Virus record (IMG/VR): IMGVR_UViG_3300032157_000004
Span: 17,874-81,873 of that record
Source: a virus
Strand: one strand, 5' to 3'
Length of the DNA stretch: 64,000 bases
The notes under the pieces were generated by a model that saw nothing but the letters and a program-made list of their open reading frames with translations, was not told where the DNA came from and searched no databases. Position numbers and translations under genes: made by a program. Positions 63,510-64,000 of this stretch are shown one piece after another. Every line of letters begins with the position of its first letter. Position 1 is the first letter of the stretch.

Positions 63510-63547
63510 GCCACGAATCTGTAACCAGCAGATTTCGTGGCGTTTTT
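63510..63547 (+). terminator. Probable terminator
   Basis: gccacgaa...ttcgtggc stem followed by gttttt. Confidence 0.5.
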
Positions 63548-63595
63548 ATTGGAGTAAAGATATTCTAGCATAGAAAAATTCAAGGAGAAAACCTG

Positions 63596-63730
63596 ATGTA
63601 TTTTGTCAACAACAACTATGAGGGTGGAGCCAACGGCTGCGGAGGCTGTGGTTGCTCAGGCTGCGCCACCATCCTCATGCTCTTTGGCGGCATGGCAATG
63701 TTTATGATGCTGTGTAAGTTTTTCTTCTAG
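63596..63730 (+). CDS. 44-aa Gly/Cys-rich membrane peptide (not in the ORF track)
   Basis: RBS aaggag; MYFVNNNYEGGANGCGGCGCSGCATILMLFGGMAMFMMLCKFFF*. Confidence 0.55.
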   Translation: MYFVNNNYEGGANGCGGCGCSGCATILMLFGGMAMFMMLCKFFF

Positions 63731-63738
63731 GAGGTCTT

Positions 63739-64000
63739 ATGCCCTGGAGTGAAGATCGTATCAACCAAGAAGCCGACAAGATTTGTTACTGGCAAAGTCG
63801 CATGGGTGCAGAGTACCGCATGGCTTACAAGGCGGATATTGCCGGATTGCTCAGAAGAATGCAGAACGAGCTTCTGAGTGAAGTAGAGGATAGAGAAAAT
63901 CCAAAGCTGGATGAGCTAATCAAAGGCAATCAGGAGATCATCGACATACTAAAAGGTCTAGGCTATAGCGCCGACACTGAACCAAAAAGCAACCGTCTGG
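63739..64000 (+). CDS. Hypothetical protein, runs off the right edge
   Basis: RBS aggagg, ATG 63739, frame open to the end (MPWSEDRINQEAD...). Confidence 0.6.
   Translation, partial: MPWSEDRINQEADKICYWQSRMGAEYRMAYKADIAGLLRRMQNELLSEVEDRENPKLDELIKGNQEIIDILKGLGYSADTEPKSNRL

Noticed and set aside
1-64000. Calling this an integrated prophage, or naming the host
   Set aside because: No integrase, repressor, att site or host genes in the window. The IS only suggests residence in a host. A Chloroflexota-like host is my impression from gene types and cannot be supported without searches.

Overview
The whole window is one tailed dsDNA phage genome segment, most likely siphovirus-like (phage or prophage; no integrase and no flanking host genes are visible). 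Minus strand from ~60.9 kb leftwards: membrane/lysis-like genes, terminase, portal, collagen fibre, prohead protease, major capsid, a glycosyltransferase cluster, head-tail genes, tail tube, tail chaperones, a 2104-aa tape measure and tail-tip genes. A separately promoted ~1.4-kb structured-RNA cluster follows (3 tRNAs, Y-RNA-like and tRNA-like RNAs) in front of a Ro60/TROVE gene. Then comes a replication/recombination operon (SNF2 helicase, PD-(D/E)XK nucleases, AAA ATPase, SSB-like, RuvC-like, PolA, primase-helicase running off the left edge). Small genes, a vWA gene and a DNA adenine methyltransferase run on the plus strand from 61 kb. An intact ISL3 element with two passenger genes sits in the 3' end of the helicase gene. 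The most striking feature is the phage Ro60 locus: a promoter starts exactly at a circularly permuted tRNA-Gly embedded in a Y-RNA-like stem, and that stem's core motif recurs with compensatory flanking helices in a second, tRNA-less RNA. Other highlights: a probable virion-glycosylation cluster, a catalytically dead CHAT domain, a +1 tail-chaperone frameshift, an HNH insertion flanked by a recoded duplicate gene end, and a foreign tailspike cassette ending in a terS remnant. All family calls come from manual motif recognition; no database search was run.
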